This document shows positions 1-7,914 of a stretch of 40,316 nt of DNA, piece after piece; the first letter of the stretch is position 1; each line of letters opens with the position of its first letter. A program made the translations under genes and the position numbers. The stretch comes from Legionellaceae bacterium (GTDB lineage: Bacteria; Pseudomonadota; Gammaproteobacteria; Legionellales; Legionellaceae), in the NCBI GenBank assembly GCA_030157565.1, contig JAOAUO010000110.1, positions 1 to 40,316 of the forward strand, read 5' to 3'. The notes under the pieces were generated by a model that was not told the origin of the DNA, searched no databases, and worked only from the letters and a program-made list of their open reading frames with translations.

Positions 1-74
1 TTTAATCCCAATACTCCAAGATCCGTTCGCCCTGAGGAGGCGCGAAATCGATCTTCATCATTATGCACGGAAAC

Positions 75-257
75 TCAACGCGCCGTCTCGAAGGGTTCGT
101 TGATGTTGCACTGACCTAATTTTTTCTTTCGTTTTGCGTGATGTGATACTGCATCCCAATCATCGCTGATCAAAGCCTCTTTCTTTTTACGACTCCACCC
201 CTTGATTTCCTGCTCGCAGACAACGCATCCATTCTGCTTGTAAAGGAGTTTGGACAA
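75..257 (-). pseudogene. C-terminal remnant of a short GIY-YIG (UPF0213/YhbQ-like) nuclease-family protein; the catalytic N-terminal half is absent
   Basis: The translation ...CEQEIKGWSRKKKEALISDDWDAVS resembles the conserved C-terminal tail (IKgWsRxkKeaLI) of short GIY-YIG proteins as I recall it. Only about 45 aa are alignable. The only start is a TTG that lies inside a palindromic-element relic. The vapC stop at 264 leaves no room for the GIY/YIG half. Confidence 0.4.
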
Positions 258-263
258 AATAAT

Positions 264-677
264 TCATATCCAAGGGTTAATCACTTCAAGTGAACAATTG
301 ATAAAATCTTTTTCGTTACGTGTTACCATTCGCAAATGATGACTTAAAGCGGTTGCAGCGAGTAGTCCATCAATAGCCGGAAGCACGCGTCCTTTCAAGT
401 GGCTTTGTAACCGGCCCCATTGATCCGCTACGGTTAAATTAACAGGTAGAATTCGTTCTGAAAAATACGTGGGCAGATCATTTTCGAGCCATAATCGGAT
501 GAATTCCCTGCGTTTTACATCCCCGATTTTTTCAACGCCCTTTCGGATTTCCCCCAGCGTTAACACACTGATGAATAAATTTTTTTCTGGTACATGATCG
601 AACCAATCCAAGACATTTTGTGCAGGTTTGGATTTGACTATTTCACAAAGCACATTGGTATCGAGTAAATAACTCAT
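264..677 (-). CDS. vapC: Type II toxin VapC (PIN-domain ribonuclease)
   Basis: 137-aa ORF with PIN-domain hallmarks: LLDTNVL at the N-terminus, TLGEI, AIDGLLAATA, and TRNEKDF near the C-terminus. Its start overlaps the antitoxin stop by ATGA (674-677). Confidence 0.9.
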   Translation of the reverse strand: MSYLLDTNVLCEIVKSKPAQNVLDWFDHVPEKNLFISVLTLGEIRKGVEKIGDVKRREFIRLWLENDLPTYFSERILPVNLTVADQWGRLQSHLKGRVLPAIDGLLAATALSHHLRMVTRNEKDFINCSLEVINPWI

Positions 678-922
678 AGATCAATCTCTCGAGGTAAGCT
701 GTTATCTCGCTCCAAATCTAGTTCAATGCCAACCAGCGGCGATTGACGTAAAAATGCAACAAGGCCAACTTGAGGCTTGTGCAACTGGATGTATTGCTCA
801 GTAGACAGCACAATAACAGCAGGCTTTCCCCTTAGTGTAATTTCCTGTGGTTTACCATCTGATGCGGCTTTGACCAATTCACTTAAATGAGCTTTTGCTT
901 GTTGTAATTGCCATGATTGCAT
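674..922 (-). CDS. vapB: Type II antitoxin, Phd/YefM-type partner of VapC
   Basis: MQSWQLQQAKAHLSELV...GKPQEITLRGKPAVIVLSTEQY is a typical Phd/YefM N-terminus. The ATG at 920-922 is preceded by GGGGGTG. The track ORF extends to 1030, but that extension runs through the promoter/operator and into the MFS gene end. Confidence 0.85.
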   Translation of the reverse strand: MQSWQLQQAKAHLSELVKAASDGKPQEITLRGKPAVIVLSTEQYIQLHKPQVGLVAFLRQSPLVGIELDLERDNSLPREIDL

Positions 923-936
923 ATTCACCCCCATCA

Positions 937-982
937 AACTAGTCGCACTAGTTATTCTAGCATTGCAACGAACGATACGCAA
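937..982 (-). promoter_or_regulatory. vapBC promoter (-35 TTGCGT, 17-bp spacer, -10 TAGAAT on the minus strand) followed by a 7-3-7 inverted-repeat operator, AACTAGT-CGC-ACTAGTT
   Basis: On the plus strand, ACGCAA sits at 977-982 and ATTCTA at 954-959. A perfect inverted repeat spans 937-953, which is 15-31 nt upstream of the vapB ATG. Autoregulated TA operons typically carry such palindromes. Confidence 0.6.
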
Positions 983-986
983 CACG

Positions 987-2282
987 TTAAAAACGGACCC
1001 CGATTTTTTCGGAGACGATAACCTCACCATTGAGTGGCAACCGTTGCAGCACTCTCCACATCAGTACGACCTCGCATAAAACAATCAACAGTGGCGCGGT
1101 TGGGTTTTGCGTGGATTGGATTAAATAAATCGATGCCAGCGGGACCAATCCTCCAGCGAGGCTGGCGGCCACTGAATAAATCAGCGAGAGCGTGGTGCAC
1201 CGTAGGTGTATTGGATACAGGCTTGCGAAAAAAGAGGGGGCGGTGGCAAAATAAAGCGCCGCCGGAATGGCTATGATGGCTTGTATGGTCAGCAACGCTT
1301 GAAAGGTGCCCGTATGGAGGATGCAATAAAAGGGATACAGTAAGATCAGTAGGGAGGTGGCTGCGTAACGAATCAAGCGCTTTCGGTCGATGATATCGGA
1401 TAACTTTCCCATGAAAGGAAATGCACACAGCATCATCGTGAGCGAGACGATATTGGATGTGAGGATTTGAGAGAGCGTAAAGAGGTGATTCACATGCACT
1501 TGCATGGAGGGGAATAGGTAGATTAAGCAGGTGATGGATACGCCTACGCTGCTCAATATAAATACGCAAATAGACGGGGTTTTGTGCGCTTGCATGTGCC
1601 GGAAGGAGGCCTTTAATATGTTAACAAAAAGCGGTTTATCTTGCGTTGCATAGTGAAGAATATACGCCTTGCTTTCAGGAATTGACGATCGAATATACAC
1701 TCCGATCATCGCCCCTAATAAAGCAAACACAAATGGCACGCGCCAAAGAACCCACTCTATCGTGGGATAAGCGTCTATCGCTCGGAACATGAATAACAGT
1801 AACATAGAGGCCAGCAGTGTGCCTGCCGTCGCGCCAAATGAGGCCCAGCTACCCGAATACCCCATGGATTCAGGATCGGATGATTCCACAAGAAACGATG
1901 CAGAGTTTAAGTACTCAGCACCACACGACAGGCTTTGAATGAGTCGACATGACAACAAAAGGAATAGCGACCATGAGCCAATGATGGGATACGAAGGAAT
2001 CAAACCAATCATCACCGTGGATAGCCCCATGACAAGAATAGAGGCGACCAGTGTTTTTTTCCGGCCATAAATATCAGAACACAGGCCTAAGATCACGGCC
2101 CCGATTGGCCTGGCTAGAAAGCTTAAAAAAAAGGTAGCCAATATGATGACGAGGCTATCTTGGGTATCGCGCGTCAAGTATTTGGCTAAAAAAATAGACA
2201 ATAGACCGCAGATGGCCATATCAAATGCTTCGATTAAATTGCCCATCAAGCCGGCCAACAGGATTTTATGTGGATATCGCAT
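987..2282 (-). CDS. MFS transporter, metabolite:H+ symporter (ProP-like) family
   Basis: 431 aa and multi-TM. N-terminus LLAGLMGNLIEAFDMAI, plus the LCSDIYGRKK loop motif typical of MHS/ProP-like MFS proteins. Confidence 0.85.
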   Translation of the reverse strand: MRYPHKILLAGLMGNLIEAFDMAICGLLSIFLAKYLTRDTQDSLVIILATFFLSFLARPIGAVILGLCSDIYGRKKTLVASILVMGLSTVMIGLIPSYPIIGSWSLFLLLSCRLIQSLSCGAEYLNSASFLVESSDPESMGYSGSWASFGATAGTLLASMLLLFMFRAIDAYPTIEWVLWRVPFVFALLGAMIGVYIRSSIPESKAYILHYATQDKPLFVNILKASFRHMQAHKTPSICVFILSSVGVSITCLIYLFPSMQVHVNHLFTLSQILTSNIVSLTMMLCAFPFMGKLSDIIDRKRLIRYAATSLLILLYPFYCILHTGTFQALLTIQAIIAIPAALYFATAPSFFASLYPIHLRCTTLSLIYSVAASLAGGLVPLASIYLIQSTQNPTAPLLIVLCEVVLMWRVLQRLPLNGEVIVSEKIGVRF

Positions 2283-2284
2283 GG

Positions 2285-2893
2285 TTATACTCGCTCTAGG
2301 TGTTCGGAATGCATGGATGAATGCCGGGTATTGTTGACCACCAAGGTTAAGTGATCGCGTGATTTTTTTTGTGGGACCCGATTTGAAGCGTGCACGTGAG
2401 GCAGCACCAGATCTGATAGTTTGTTAAAACAGTAATGCCCTAGACTCAAAAATTCATCGCGCCGGGCTAAAAAAACTAAATCAGGATCGGGTGTGGGTGA
2501 TTTTGTGGCAAAGGAATAAACCAGGTGGAGTCCATGCTGTTGGGTTGGGATTGAGAAACCGGTTTTAAAGCCGTGCTTTGCCTGTTTTATGGCATGTAAC
2601 GCATGGTATTTATCTGAGTGATATAGTTCAGACCATAATTTGGGTTGGTCATTGGTATAAAAATGCGGGGCATGCAACGCATCGTAGCTCCATAGGTCCG
2701 ATGTCATTAATTGATATTCAATCGATGGCGTATGCGATAGATAAATGATTTCGTTTGCGTGCGTGATGCATGCCATGGAGATGTGGTCAATCTCATTGAT
2801 GCCAATCACATCACTGAATACGCTTAAGAGCTTTCTTTTGTGTTGAAACAAAAGAGGGTGTGCTAGGGGGTGGAGCGTATGGATGACATCCAT
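2285..2893 (-). CDS. Hypothetical protein; possibly a LuxR-N-terminal/autoinducer-binding-like ligand domain without an HTH
   Basis: 202-aa ORF packed tightly between the XRE regulator (14-nt gap) and the MFS gene (2-nt gap). The segment GFKTGFSIPTQQHGLHLVYSFAT recalls ligand-binding domains of LuxR-type regulators. There is no DNA-binding motif. The function call is weak. Confidence 0.5.
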   Translation of the reverse strand: MDVIHTLHPLAHPLLFQHKRKLLSVFSDVIGINEIDHISMACITHANEIIYLSHTPSIEYQLMTSDLWSYDALHAPHFYTNDQPKLWSELYHSDKYHALHAIKQAKHGFKTGFSIPTQQHGLHLVYSFATKSPTPDPDLVFLARRDEFLSLGHYCFNKLSDLVLPHVHASNRVPQKKSRDHLTLVVNNTRHSSMHSEHLERV

Positions 2894-2907
2894 TGTTTCA
2901 TATCCGT

Positions 2908-3435
2908 TTACAGCGAAGACGCGCTAGGGTTATTTTTCTTCATTTTTCTTTCCTCAAAGGAAGAAATGGAGCTCACGGCTAGATCAACTATTTTTTTAAG
3001 GGTATCCGGGTGGGCATCAATCGCGCTGATATCGTTGATGAGAGCCAGGACAAAATCCGGAAAATCATGGGTTTGTTCGGGCGTTTGCATGATATAGAAG
3101 GCATGGCTTCGCTCGAGTAGATAATGAAGCAGTGCTGCATTCATCGAAATGGTCTGATCGTTTGTGCTGAATCCTTCGGGTTCATTTCCGAACAACAGCC
3201 AACCGGGCGATATGGATAAAAAGCGTGCGATGGTGGTTACTTTATCATAATCCGGCAGCGCATCACCCCGGAGGTATCGACGACAAATTTGCTCGGATAC
3301 ACCCATCGTTTCGGCCATGGTTTTGACCGATATACCACTGGGTGAACGCGTGTCGGTATGTCCGGCACGTTTCATGCTAGCAACCAGTCGATGAGAAAAG
3401 TCGAGATAACGATTTTTATGAGCAGTATTGATCAT
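2908..3435 (-). CDS. XRE (Cro/C1-type) helix-turn-helix transcriptional regulator with a C-terminal domain of unknown function
   Basis: ISVKTMAETMGVSEQICRRYLRGDALPDYDKVTTIARFLSISPGWLLFG is a classic XRE HTH. It is the first gene of a three-gene minus-strand operon. Confidence 0.8.
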   Translation of the reverse strand: MINTAHKNRYLDFSHRLVASMKRAGHTDTRSPSGISVKTMAETMGVSEQICRRYLRGDALPDYDKVTTIARFLSISPGWLLFGNEPEGFSTNDQTISMNAALLHYLLERSHAFYIMQTPEQTHDFPDFVLALINDISAIDAHPDTLKKIVDLAVSSISSFEERKMKKNNPSASSL

Positions 3436-3621
3436 CTAGAGAGCCCCGTGTATTGAATGCAGGGTTTGGGCGTGCATTGCAAACGCCAACAGAATAACAG
3501 TTTTTTGAGGCCAAATACATACCAAACCGCTATTCATATTATATTTTTAATAACGTATTCCATGGCTGACCATCAGATGTTAACATTTGTTTCTTGGTGT
3601 TAATTATCGTATTGAGTTTGC

Positions 3622-4131
3622 ATGAAATTATTAGTACCGAATGCTGAGTGGATTCATTCTCCCGATGTGGTTCGTCGGGCCCATTTTAAACCGTTGCAAT
3701 TGAAATGTGCTAGCGACAGCGGGATGACGATCCCAACTACTTTGTGTTCAAATAATAAAAATGAAATCCGAGGTTTTTTAGATGCACATGCCCAGGATGG
3801 GGTGATGTATCAGCCGCTGCTCGAAGACGCACACCCGCTCGTTGAGTTAATGTCAAGCACATCGTGGCCGAGTGGCCCTGGCATTTTTCAAAAGAAAGTC
3901 ATCATGAACTATGCCATTCATGTGATCTGTTTTCGTTCGGTTCTTACGGCTGAAAAAATAACGCCTCAGACGCCGATAGCGGAGCCCTATCACTTGCCTG
4001 TGTCACTCGCTCATAGTATTCGTGCATGCATGAATCAATTGAGCCTGGTTGCAGCGACGTTTGACTTCGCCAGCACACCCAATAATCGCTTTGTTTTTAT
4101 GAACTTAAGGGCTAATCGAACATTGGATTGA
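3622..4131 (+). pseudogene. Degenerate or truncated ATP-grasp (RimK / RiPP-maturase-like) domain protein
   Basis: KPLQLKCASDSGMTIPTTL..NKNEIRGF, then IFQKKVIMNYAIHVICF, then LP...FDFASTPNNRFVFMNLRAN follow the order of ATP-grasp core motifs. The N-terminal roughly 100 aa is missing, only 186 bp of upstream spacer is available, and the usual FLExNP metal/ATP motif reads FMNLRA. Confidence 0.4.
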
Positions 4132-4186
4132 TGACTCGATACGAGTTGTGTATGATCATGAAATATTGGTTTAATTTAGATGCAAA

Positions 4187-7100
4187 ATGCCCACGGATCG
4201 AGCTACAGGACATCTTTTTATTCAGTCTGATTGCCTGACAGTCCAACAAGTGATGCAAAGACTACAAGGGCCTGAATTCAGTCCTGAAATGACCGCTTTA
4301 CTGATGCGAGATTATAGGTCTGAAGAGCAGCCCTTTGATGAAGCGCTATGGGTCTTCGATCCGGCACCTATCTCACAAATTAAAAAAATCGTCAATGCGC
4401 TCTATCATGCGGAAAAAATAGCATTAATACTGGATTCGAAAATCGCTCTAGGTCATGGTTCATATGCGAACATACTCTGTTCCATTCCTTCATCCCTTTA
4501 TCAGGATGTACCCAGTCTTCTCGATCATGTGTATCAAATGCTTCAGCTGCTCACTCACGTGGAGGTTGATTTTTCAGATTTATTTCATCAAGAATTGGCG
4601 GCATTCATGCCGTTGATTCCAAGACTACAAACGAATACATTGTCTTTTGTTCGGGATGAAAAGCATTTAAATGCAGCCCAAAAAATGGGCGCTCTCACCG
4701 GACATGGTGTGATGCCATTACGCCAGATGAATTATCTGTTTTTAACCCAATTGGGCTTGTTGCTACCGGGTTACCTCGCACGCATTACAACGTATGTGGA
4801 TGCATGTGCTACGGATGCGCCGCACACACGCACGAACATCAGTGCGCCGGCGATTCTTGAATGGTTTGAGGGGTTTCAAATAGGGGGGATCAGTTTATCC
4901 AATCACTCTGTTTATCTCTATCATGTGAGACCTTTCTTTGCTTTGCAGGCTGATATTTTAAATGAATTGGCACATCTTAATGCCGCCAACGCGCATTTCA
5001 TTCAAGAGAAATGGGTGCAGTTGAAAGACGTGAGCTCAACATTTATCGCATGCGTGGATGAATTAGAGTGTGCGCTGATGTTGGCGCCCGGTTTATTATC
5101 GGCCCCGTTGATGGGCATAATCGATACATTTGACCTGCAATGCCGTGGCCTTTGTATTGGATGGGGGATTGATTGGGTGCCGGATCAAGAGATTCTGCCA
5201 TCGATAGGCCTTGAGCGCTGTAATCAAGCTTACCGACGGCATGCCGAGGATGGATTTGCACTCGAGCAGCTGGATGTGGTACAGGCACAATGCCACGAAT
5301 TTTTTAATACACTGCATCAATATGAACCATCGGCGCGCCTGAGTCAATTGGATGATGCCGTCAAGGCTGACTTAATCGAATCATTTCGTTTGATACAACC
5401 CTACCTTGCTGGGGTGGATATTCGGTTGAGTAATGCGATAGTGAAGGGGCTTGTATTCGGTGATGGGCCGCGATTGGACACGATAATCACAATAAAATAC
5501 GCGTTGGCAAGCCATCTTTCAAAGGAAAGTCAGACGCTTAAATTTCGTCAACGCTTGAATGAAAAATGCATTGAGTCGCTACTCATTGAATCGCCATTTG
5601 TTGATGGTGCGTATGAGCCGCAACAACGGTTCTGGCTGTTTAACTACCAGGAGAAATTGGACGTATGCCGTGCTCGCGCAGCTTGCAACGCACCGGCAGT
5701 ACTAGGACCCTTGACACAAGATTTGTATGCCGAAAAAAGAGCGACGCGTGTGTTGAAAACCGCTATTTTATCAGAATGGGTTGCTCGCTTTCGTGAGCAT
5801 TTAGTGCCTATTTTTGACGCGTTGAACCCGGCCATTCAAGCGCATCTGAAGGCCGCTAAACACCTCAAAAGCGACCCTCCATTTCCAGAGATCAATACTT
5901 ATTATCTCATGCCGGGTTTGAATGAATCCTTGGCGGAGCTGAGGCAGGCACGCAAACTGTTACCCATTAAAAAATGGGCCAATGCATTGTATTTCTTGGA
6001 AAAATCGTGCAAAAAATTGGAGCAACTGGATGATGGCAGTGTAAAAATAATTTATATTAAAACATGTTTAGACTTTGTGTATTCGGCTCATTTAGCATAT
6101 CACACTCTAAGAACATTATTTGTTGATTTTTCTGACCCACTCTCTCGCATGTGTTTTGCGTCACTGAGTGGTCCTCTTCAAGCAGAATGGTTGGCATTGC
6201 GCTTGGCCGGAGAGCGCTCTCCTAGTTTGTCTATCGCTAAAGTGTTGACCCGTGCTGACATCTCTAGCATGTGTTTTGCATCACTGAGCGATTCTCTTCA
6301 AGTGCAGTTATTCGCATTACAAGATCATTATCAGCCAGGCGATCCCGATGCTATTTTTTTTATCGTCAATGCATTGAGCTTATTTCCACATCAGATTCGT
6401 GCAGGCACCGAGGGTTTACCATCAGCCATCGCTCAAGCCGCTGCAAGAGACGTCTCGGCTGAGATCATGCGAATACTGGAATCCAATGGCTCATTGGCTT
6501 TATTTTTTGAAATCCCCGCGGTGATGGCTTTGTTTCACACCATGAAAAGCAAGGTGGATGACGTGTTGAGTGCGATACGTGATTCTCATGCAACGGTGAT
6601 GAATCGTGTGGGATCTATTCATCGAGATGTATTAACCCCTGCGCTGTTAAAAGCGGATGAATGGGAAGAAAAAGAAGGCTTTCGCTCGGGATTGGTGAGC
6701 CATCCCATGAAACAGATATTGGACGTGTATTATCAAGGCTTGCTGACGTCCTTAGATCTTCATGCCGCACGCCACATTCAATTGGCCACTCAAATCGATG
6801 ATTTTGTTAGACGAATTGATGCGGCCCATTTAAGGTTGGCGGCAGCAACCCATCGTCAAGCTAGCTCAGGCGATAGTCAGCGCAAAATAGATGCCTTTAT
6901 GCCTAGGTTATCCTCCTACCTTGAGTACGATGAAGAGAGAAAGAAAGCCTTCAAGGAGTCATTTAGAGCAACGATTCTCCCTTTATTAAATGCTTCAACA
7001 CCCTGTCTTGCCCGAGAATACGAAGCGGATCTAGGTGATGCGCCCACCATGGATTGCTTAAATCCGGATAATCAGGCCGACCGTGAGGCGATGACCACAT

Positions 7101-7894
7101 TGCTGAACATTTGCAAGGCAGATCTGACGGGACAAATAGCCTCTCAGCAATTAGCGCGTGATGCGGCAAGTGATAAGATTCATTATTTAGGCCAGCAATT
7201 GACAGAGCAAGTGCGGTTGAATATCGCCTTTAAAAAAAATTACATGCTCGAATCATTGCATCGCCAATCCGAGCGATGGAAAGGGGTGAGTCTGGAGCAT
7301 GATCAAGCGCTATCCAGGTTTGTACAGGGTTTAGAATTGACTGTATTGACAATGGTTGAGCATTTAGAGGACATTGATGGCGCCATTTTGACTGTTTTAA
7401 CTGAAAAAATGCAACGATTTGAAGTGGAGCAAGGCATTTATTATCAACAATTGGCTGAAATCAAGAAGGCGCTTGAGCAAATGGATGCTTATATGATAGC
7501 CCAGCAAGCGGATTTGTACCTGAATGCACACAGCGATTTTTCGTCTGGATTTGAAAGCCAAGTCACATTGACGGCCAAACGCCTTGTGATAGAAGAGATA
7601 GAACGACGGGTGCTCGATCAAGCGTTACCGGCTCAAGAACGCCTGGCCGTGATACAAGGCATGATTCAAAGGGATGATTTTAAAACCACGTTGTTAGCAT
7701 ACGCGCAATACGATGCATTGACGTATGGTTGGTTGGTTCAGTGTGTCGCATCCTTTTTTGAATGGATGGGTCTTTATAAGCCAGAACTGAACGTGGCATA
7801 TGAGCGGTTGAAGGTGAAGGTCGGATTTTTCAAACCGCCCGTTGACCCGGTTATTGACGTCATTGAAGAGCCTGGAATGAGGGTGGCCGCATAA
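4187..7894 (+). CDS. Large orphan protein (1235 aa), no domain recognised; candidate secreted effector
   Basis: A long uninterrupted ORF with coding-like composition. No TM segment or signal peptide is obvious. Many Leu/Gln/Glu-rich helical stretches. An internal 40-codon repeat. The C-terminus DPVIDVIEEPGMRVAA is acidic then small/hydrophobic. No clear SD precedes the ATG at 4187. Confidence 0.7.
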   Translation: MPTDRATGHLFIQSDCLTVQQVMQRLQGPEFSPEMTALLMRDYRSEEQPFDEALWVFDPAPISQIKKIVNALYHAEKIALILDSKIALGHGSYANILCSIPSSLYQDVPSLLDHVYQMLQLLTHVEVDFSDLFHQELAAFMPLIPRLQTNTLSFVRDEKHLNAAQKMGALTGHGVMPLRQMNYLFLTQLGLLLPGYLARITTYVDACATDAPHTRTNISAPAILEWFEGFQIGGISLSNHSVYLYHVRPFFALQADILNELAHLNAANAHFIQEKWVQLKDVSSTFIACVDELECALMLAPGLLSAPLMGIIDTFDLQCRGLCIGWGIDWVPDQEILPSIGLERCNQAYRRHAEDGFALEQLDVVQAQCHEFFNTLHQYEPSARLSQLDDAVKADLIESFRLIQPYLAGVDIRLSNAIVKGLVFGDGPRLDTIITIKYALASHLSKESQTLKFRQRLNEKCIESLLIESPFVDGAYEPQQRFWLFNYQEKLDVCRARAACNAPAVLGPLTQDLYAEKRATRVLKTAILSEWVARFREHLVPIFDALNPAIQAHLKAAKHLKSDPPFPEINTYYLMPGLNESLAELRQARKLLPIKKWANALYFLEKSCKKLEQLDDGSVKIIYIKTCLDFVYSAHLAYHTLRTLFVDFSDPLSRMCFASLSGPLQAEWLALRLAGERSPSLSIAKVLTRADISSMCFASLSDSLQVQLFALQDHYQPGDPDAIFFIVNALSLFPHQIRAGTEGLPSAIAQAAARDVSAEIMRILESNGSLALFFEIPAVMALFHTMKSKVDDVLSAIRDSHATVMNRVGSIHRDVLTPALLKADEWEEKEGFRSGLVSHPMKQILDVYYQGLLTSLDLHAARHIQLATQIDDFVRRIDAAHLRLAAATHRQASSGDSQRKIDAFMPRLSSYLEYDEERKKAFKESFRATILPLLNASTPCLAREYEADLGDAPTMDCLNPDNQADREAMTTLLNICKADLTGQIASQQLARDAASDKIHYLGQQLTEQVRLNIAFKKNYMLESLHRQSERWKGVSLEHDQALSRFVQGLELTVLTMVEHLEDIDGAILTVLTEKMQRFEVEQGIYYQQLAEIKKALEQMDAYMIAQQADLYLNAHSDFSSGFESQVTLTAKRLVIEEIERRVLDQALPAQERLAVIQGMIQRDDFKTTLLAYAQYDALTYGWLVQCVASFFEWMGLYKPELNVAYERLKVKVGFFKPPVDPVIDVIEEPGMRVAA
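6141..6302 (+). repeat. Intragenic direct repeat: two 42-nt units exactly 120 bp (40 codons) apart
   Basis: 6141-6182 and 6261-6302 are identical at 37 of 42 positions by hand alignment. They encode LSRMCFASLSGPLQ and ISSMCFASLSDSLQ. Confidence 0.9.
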
Positions 7895-7914
7895 TCAAAG
7901 TCTAAAAATAAGGT

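Noticed and set aside
1024-1569. Long ORFs overlapping annotated genes in other frames or on the opposite strand. Examples are 1024-1569, 5043-5347, 10027-10413, 14245-15018, 27139-27522, 33127-33740, 33946-34350, 36381-36761 and 37281-37835.
   Set aside because: Each lies entirely within a gene that has strong family-level sequence identity. Their translations are low-complexity or Arg/Pro/His-rich, as is typical for antisense or off-frame reading. None has an independent RBS.
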